Source of the DNA: Lingula anatina
Taxonomy: Eukaryota > Animalia > Brachiopoda
Assembly (NCBI GenBank): GCA_051362555.1
Contig: CM120645.1
Coordinates: forward strand, 9,114,001-9,178,000
Reading direction: 5' to 3'
Length of the DNA stretch: 64,000 bases
The position numbers and the translations under genes were made by a program. The notes beneath the pieces were generated by a model, which searched no databases, was not told the origin of the DNA, and worked only from the letters and a program-made list of their open reading frames with translations. Positions 59,001 through 64,000 of the stretch are shown here, piece by piece. The number at the start of each line of letters is the position of its first letter. Positions within the stretch are counted from its first letter, which is position 1.

Positions 59001-62000
59001 ACTTGTCTGAAATTAAATTTCCCAAAAAAGCTTTCATTTGCCCACCCCTATTTTTAGCTCTCAAAAAGTTGGAGATCCGCTAATAGTCGGGAAAATCTCA
59101 TCCCTGTATAAAGAAACTGTTTTCACTAACCAATGTCTCGGATCTCAAAATCAATTGGTTTCAGATTGAGACTCTTTTCTGGGGGCCATTTTGGTGAACT
59201 GACGCTGCTGTCCCTGGAATAATACATATAAGAACTGTCAAAAGGCAATTTGTATACAAAACAACTTCACATTTATTGGACATTTTTGATTCATCTTTGA
59301 TATAAAAGTTCAGCAAATATGGAAAAGGATTAAAAAATAAAAGCTGTCCTTCTAAATAAAAACTTTGGATTATTAACATTTCTATCAAGACATAGTGTAG
59401 TGATATTAAATATGTAGGATTCAATTAATAAAACTCCCACAAAGCTTCCAGCGGTTGAAATGAATAAAGATTTTCAAGTCTAGAATACCTACCATATATA
59501 AGGTGACCTAGGGGATATGGGGGATCTTCCTGGGGATTTGATACCACTGACACCATCTTTTGTAGCTGCACCGTGAATTGATAGACAGAAAATGTGGGTG
59601 TTTGGGTCTCATAAACCTGGCAGTGTACATTACGACAGCAAATCTTATCAATTTTGGTTCAAGAGCGCCAGAGAGATTTTAATAATTATGTGCATATGTA
59701 TAGTGGCTGTATTTCCAATGAGACTGCATACAACCAAACTGATCCAACTGCTCAATGTCAATAGAGTGTTTCACTTGTAATTTTAGTCATTACAAAATGG
59801 CATTCAGACATCTAAAACTTTGCAATTCCCCATAATTGCTAAAAGTTGTATTGCAGTCAATTCGATTTTAAATTATAAAAGTTATCTTTATAAGATATAG
59901 TTTTGAAACTAAAGTTTATAGAGACAAAGGCTTCTCAGAATTGTTGTATTTCAAAGAAAAGAGCGTATTTCAAAGCAATAGGTAACTAATATAATATTGT
60001 GGTTAGCAAGATGGTGGCATAAGCTGGAAAGACACACAAACAGTGCAGACAAACTTATCTGGTAGTGAATTAAACATCAGTTTTTGAATACTGTCAAGCA
60101 CACTGATAGTACAACAGGAATGATACATGTGCAACTACATACTCACAAGCAGTGCAGACAAATTTAGTGGAATATGTATTTAAACATCAGTTTTCAATAC
60201 TGCCAAGCAAAATGATGTACAACAAAAATGGTACATCCCACTATTTTGTACAATGTGCACATTTAGAAGGTGCTGATACACTTTGCTACAGATATCGTTG
60301 CAATGTTCTACTTTACAAAACCAAAACTGAATTTCAAAATAAACTTTCACAAATTCCATTTTACAAGACCAACTACTATATGTAACTCTATCCCATTTTT
60401 ACGATAAACATTCAAATCTGACAAATTTAAGAGCGACATGACACAATCTATTGTCTGACATTGCAATCTTCAGTGAAGGGAATACATGTAGCGACAGAAA
60501 GCAAAGCAATCTAAGAGGCTCGGCAAACTTGTGTTAGACATCAGAGCATAAGCAACACGGTGCTACTATCTAGATCTAGTACAAAAGAGCTGATGTTGAT
60601 ACTCACTCAGAAGTTTCCCACAAGAAAGTCTTTGTAAAACATAACAAGCATAGGAGTCAATGGCAAGTGAATTTGGTGCAACAATTTTATATTTATTTTT
60701 GTCAGAAATGCATAAAAACAAGTAAGGTGGTGAACATGAAGTGACTGAACAAATATGTATCATAGAAGTGTTGCCAACCCTACAAAAATAATAAATGAAT
60801 GAATAAATAAACAAACACAATTTGGATGTGTAAAAACTCTGCTATATTCAAAGTGTAACAACTTCCTAAGTATTACCTCGCTCCTTTCGGCATTGTTTCT
60901 TAGAAATTTATGAAAACTTAAAAAATCTTACCTGTTTTCTACCAACCTTCCATAGTTTGCAAAATATAACTTTAAATTGCTGAAGATGATGCTTTAAATC
61001 AAAATAAAATCATTATCTTAATGTTCAATTCTGGACCCTGCTGATATGTCTTACTTGATCCATCATCGGATTTCACATACTATTTTCTTCATGTAAAAAA
61101 TTACAGCTGCTATTTACGTTTAGCAATATCTATAATGATCTAGCATACACAAATTACTAGATGAAAGAGAGAACTGTGAATTGACAAATAAAATAATATT
61201 AGAAAATCCTTTTTGAAAATTTGTATGAACAGATTTCGCTCATCTGATAAAATGTATCTGTTCCTAGAAAGGAAAGTGAGGGCCATGAAATGATAAGTAA
61301 ACTAATCTTTGAAAATCTCTTTTAAAATTTGTTTGAACAGACATACCTCATCTGAAATAATAATGCTGCTGATTTACTTTGGGTCAATTTTCGTCTGAAG
61401 TTCCTACGTAACGCTGGACTTAAAGGGGGACATATCTTAACTTTTAGAAATAATTGTCAAATAAGATTATAAACCTACTTAACTCTCATAGGTAGGTGTG
61501 ATTATGTTGTGCTTATCACTTATTAATAATGTAATTTAGTGAACAAAATTAGTTTGAAATTTGTGTCCCTGTTACATTTGCACATACTTGTGCAATAGAT
61601 AGTATCCAGACACACAGCGAACTAGAATTTTTCAGACTTACAACTTTAATTTTTTAGACTTAAGACTTTTCCTCTAAAATTATTTTGAAAAACATCCTAA
61701 GAATTTTAATACGACACAACGGTTGGCAACACTTTTAGACTTGTGTCTTCCATTATGAAAGAATTAACTCATATTAGCTTTTTAAGACTTCTTTCATGCT
61801 TTGGTTTGAAATAAAATATTCTACCACTACTTTTAGACACGAAAATATTAAATAAAATACACAGTTAAATACTTTTATGAAAAAACCTCTCCTATGCCCA
61901 ACAGTGCTCTTCACTTCAAGATGCTTTTCATATTACTGGCCTTATTACAAAAAATTTCAAAACTCCTTTTGATTATAGATTGAGTAAATCAGCCAAAAAT

Positions 62001-62792
62001 ATAATTTTATGGGTATATTGAGTGCACATATAATTATCCAATTGCATGATATATTGTCAAGACCACTGCATTTTTAAATCAATATAAAAATCTTAATAGT
62101 CTTGACTCACAAAAAATCTGATTTAGAGGGTAAAGACTGAAGGAGAGTTATAATTTCAAGGATGTTTTTAGTAATTCAAAAGCTGGAAAAGGAAGCTTCT
62201 AAAAAAAACCATGATCCATAATTTCAATATTATCTCAGTTTGAGTGCACATCTTAAGGGGAACAGTAAAATGCAAGCATCCTGCATAGCAAAAGCAAACG
62301 GCACTCATACAATACTAGACTAAGTTAATCATTTGTGGCCCCTGTGAAAAGCACTGTTGAAAGTTATTCACGCACAACATCAACACTACACAAAGCGTGC
62401 CTAGTTTGACTGCTGAATCGCTCATTAGCACGCAGACCCCTAGGTGGTATAGTTGGAATTGTGAAACGGCTACCAGAGGGAGCTGCTGTACTGGAGAAAT
62501 GGTTACCAGATGGCACTGCTGTTGCTGCTGGTGGTTGAACTATCAGGGTTATGGCAGAAGGGGCCTTTGGTTTCTCACCATCTCCTTGATATTTCACAGT
62601 ATCAGGCTGGTCATCCTGTAAATCATGGCTCAGTCAAACCAAATATCACACATGGTACAAGTACAGTACTCCTTTTAACCAAAGTAACTTAAAAATACTA
62701 GATTTCTTAGTACTTCAACACGTTTTAACATCAAAAACGTAAAGATAATGTCACATTCTCTGCCCTGAATGATAACTGTTGAGAGAGAGAGT

Positions 62793-62829
<37 letters not shown>

Positions 62830-63575
62830 TAGCCCTCTGACTCTCTCAGTTGAAATATGCACCTTCTTAGAATACAATGACACTTCTAACTCATATTCCC
62901 CTTCATTATCTACTTCTGGCTGGCGCTCCAACTCAGCATCCAACTGTCTGGTCAGCTCCTTACGCCTCTCAAAGTCTGGGATGTCACTGGGTTTTATAGG
63001 CTGTGATTCATCTTCATCATTCCCAGAGCTACAAATAATGAGATAAAACACTGCTGATATAGCTGTACCAGTTCTGTATTAGCACAGCAGTCATCCATCA
63101 AGTTTTAATTTATTTCCAATAATCATGATTCATATAAGAGCAAACTTTGACGAATTTTTAAAATTAAAATGGCTATGGAAAGAAGGGCAAGTGTAAACAT
63201 ACACACACACACACTCGCCCACATTCAAACACACACACACACACACACACACATTCGCACACTAATAAGAGCGCACACATAAGCACACACACTCACTCAA
63301 ACATTTTCCTCCAACATAAATCCCAAATAAGACAACATAGCATGCCCAGCAATGTTGTCTCTTCTCAGGAAGGCAGACAGTTATCTTACCGTGACAGACT
63401 AGAACCATCCTTGCACATCTTTTGCAAGAAATCAAAGCCAGCAAAGCGAGGAGAGGCACCACGCACTAGCTTTTTAGCAAGCCTCTGCTGGAAGAGACTA
63501 TCGGCATTACAAGCAGCCTGCCGGCGGCCTTTGAAGGCGGCAGAATGCAGAGATTGCATGAGTTCTTGGAGGTCA
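45762..63575 (-). CDS. TASOR: TASOR/FAM208-like protein (HUSH-complex scaffold family), 3' part; gene continues beyond the window end
   Basis: Exons 63575-63390, 63028-62863, 62615-~62402, 59213-59131, 54173-53629, 53295-47947, 47643-47373, 47139-47034, 46672-46458, 45877-45762 join in frame. C-terminal LVVLIHKPDL...IPNLLQLK...VQF..FD...D...VFRHGGILIPDSKIL, WKLMVH, EYLEKHECDD, CILTLQ..YI...RHVVLLS, GIELADV..F match the TASOR C-terminal DomII/PIN-like region as I recall it. Confidence 0.78.
45909..46160. mobile_element. Small inverted-repeat element (~60-bp imperfect arms) with a hammerhead-like motif, in the last TASOR intron
   Basis: Left tcataaatgaaaattctcacacacaagctaaaatatttcatagcgttagcttacggcca is an imperfect reverse complement of 46101-46160; CTGATGA at 46078-46084. 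Confidence 0.65.
47947..53295 (-). CDS. 5349-bp single exon of the TASOR-like gene, predicted largely disordered
   Basis: 1790-aa ORF bounded by acceptor ttacag|GTG (53295) and donor CAG|gtaaga (47947); phase 0/0; S/E/P/D-rich. Confidence 0.88.
54417..56074 (+). mobile_element. Helentron/HINE-like non-autonomous element with internal 146-bp tandem repeats
   Basis: Starts AACTAGAG; repeat units at 54553, 54699, 54845 (gacctatctctgccagttttggaga...aggtcaaaggtca); 3' hairpin GTACCGCCAGC-actaac-GCTGGTGGTAC at 56044-56071. Internal inverted pair ~55138-55184 / 55263-55307. Confidence 0.55.
56457..59050. mobile_element. Nested TIR element (TAGGGGTGGGCAAATGA termini)
   Basis: Terminal and subterminal inverted repeats (gtggattctatggccatttt.gctgctgaa.acaaatct); flanked by direct repeat TTTTTAG (56450-56456 / 59051-59057). 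Confidence 0.7.
57082..57797. mobile_element. Innermost PIF/Harbinger-like MITE rich in GAATG/CATTC
   Basis: agccccctgtcacact ... agtgtgactaggtt imperfect TIRs; interior saturated with gaatg/cattc/tcgaa words. Confidence 0.5.
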
Positions 63576-64000
63576 CTGTGAAAGAACAGAAGTGAAGAGA
63601 AAGGAGAGAGAGATCACACACAATAAGCAAAGTGTAGGAAACATTTTCAACTGTGCGGCACAATTACGAATGATTAATGCACTGGTCACAATAACTACTA
63701 TTACTGTCAAACGTTACAACAGACTGATCAATGTCTCTTTAAACTAATCTGGTTTTACCATATCACAGTGCCAGTATAAAAAACAATAAAAAATCAACAT
63801 TAGGGCAAAAGCTAAGTCAAATGCTTAATACAATTATGACAATTGTAACAATTATTTTAGAGCAATAAAATAAGCTAAACTTTGAACTTCTCTAAGGATA
63901 ATTCAACAAAAACCACAAAACAGAAATTTAGCCCAATGCAGATGGTTAGAAAGACAAAGCAGCTATTTATCATTAGAGAAATAATGAATTTGTTATTGGG

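Larger units (their letters stand above)
56374..59106. mobile_element. hAT-like non-autonomous element (CAGGG..ATGAGA TIRs) hosting nested insertions
   Basis: cagggGatgaga at 56374 and tctcatccctg ending at 59106; no clean TSD. Confidence 0.5.

Overview
Eukaryotic, AT-rich, intron-containing DNA, most likely from a marine invertebrate (inference from gene and repeat content). In order: (1) a secreted D/S/G/F-rich protein with a spliced C-terminal 6-Cys module (145-~3611/4692, +); (2) an intact, very young Ty3/Gypsy LTR retrotransposon with an integrase chromodomain (9951-22721, -; 531-bp LTRs, TTAT TSD); (3) nested in its 3' non-coding region, a second young LTR element (10626-14465, -; 541-bp LTRs, ATAT TSD) with intact gag, a frameshifted protease stub, no RT/RNaseH/IN and a frameshifted C-terminal half of an env-like gene; (4) an intronless L-rhamnonate dehydratase (24751-26049, +); (5) a 5-exon SLC25A15-like mitochondrial carrier with altered substrate-contact residues (30721-36353, -); (6) an 8-exon serine protease with two beta-defensin-like modules (38669-42879, +); (7) a 935-bp near-perfect foldback element with an 8-bp TSD (43134-44068); (8) the 3' part of a TASOR/FAM208-like gene (45762-63575, -, continuing beyond the window) with a 5.3-kb exon and introns full of nested non-autonomous DNA elements. 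The best candidate for an undescribed system is the gag-only derivative of an env-bearing LTR element nested in the autonomous chromodomain Gypsy; both elements have split tRNA-primer sites. All homology calls come from motif recognition by eye, not database searches.
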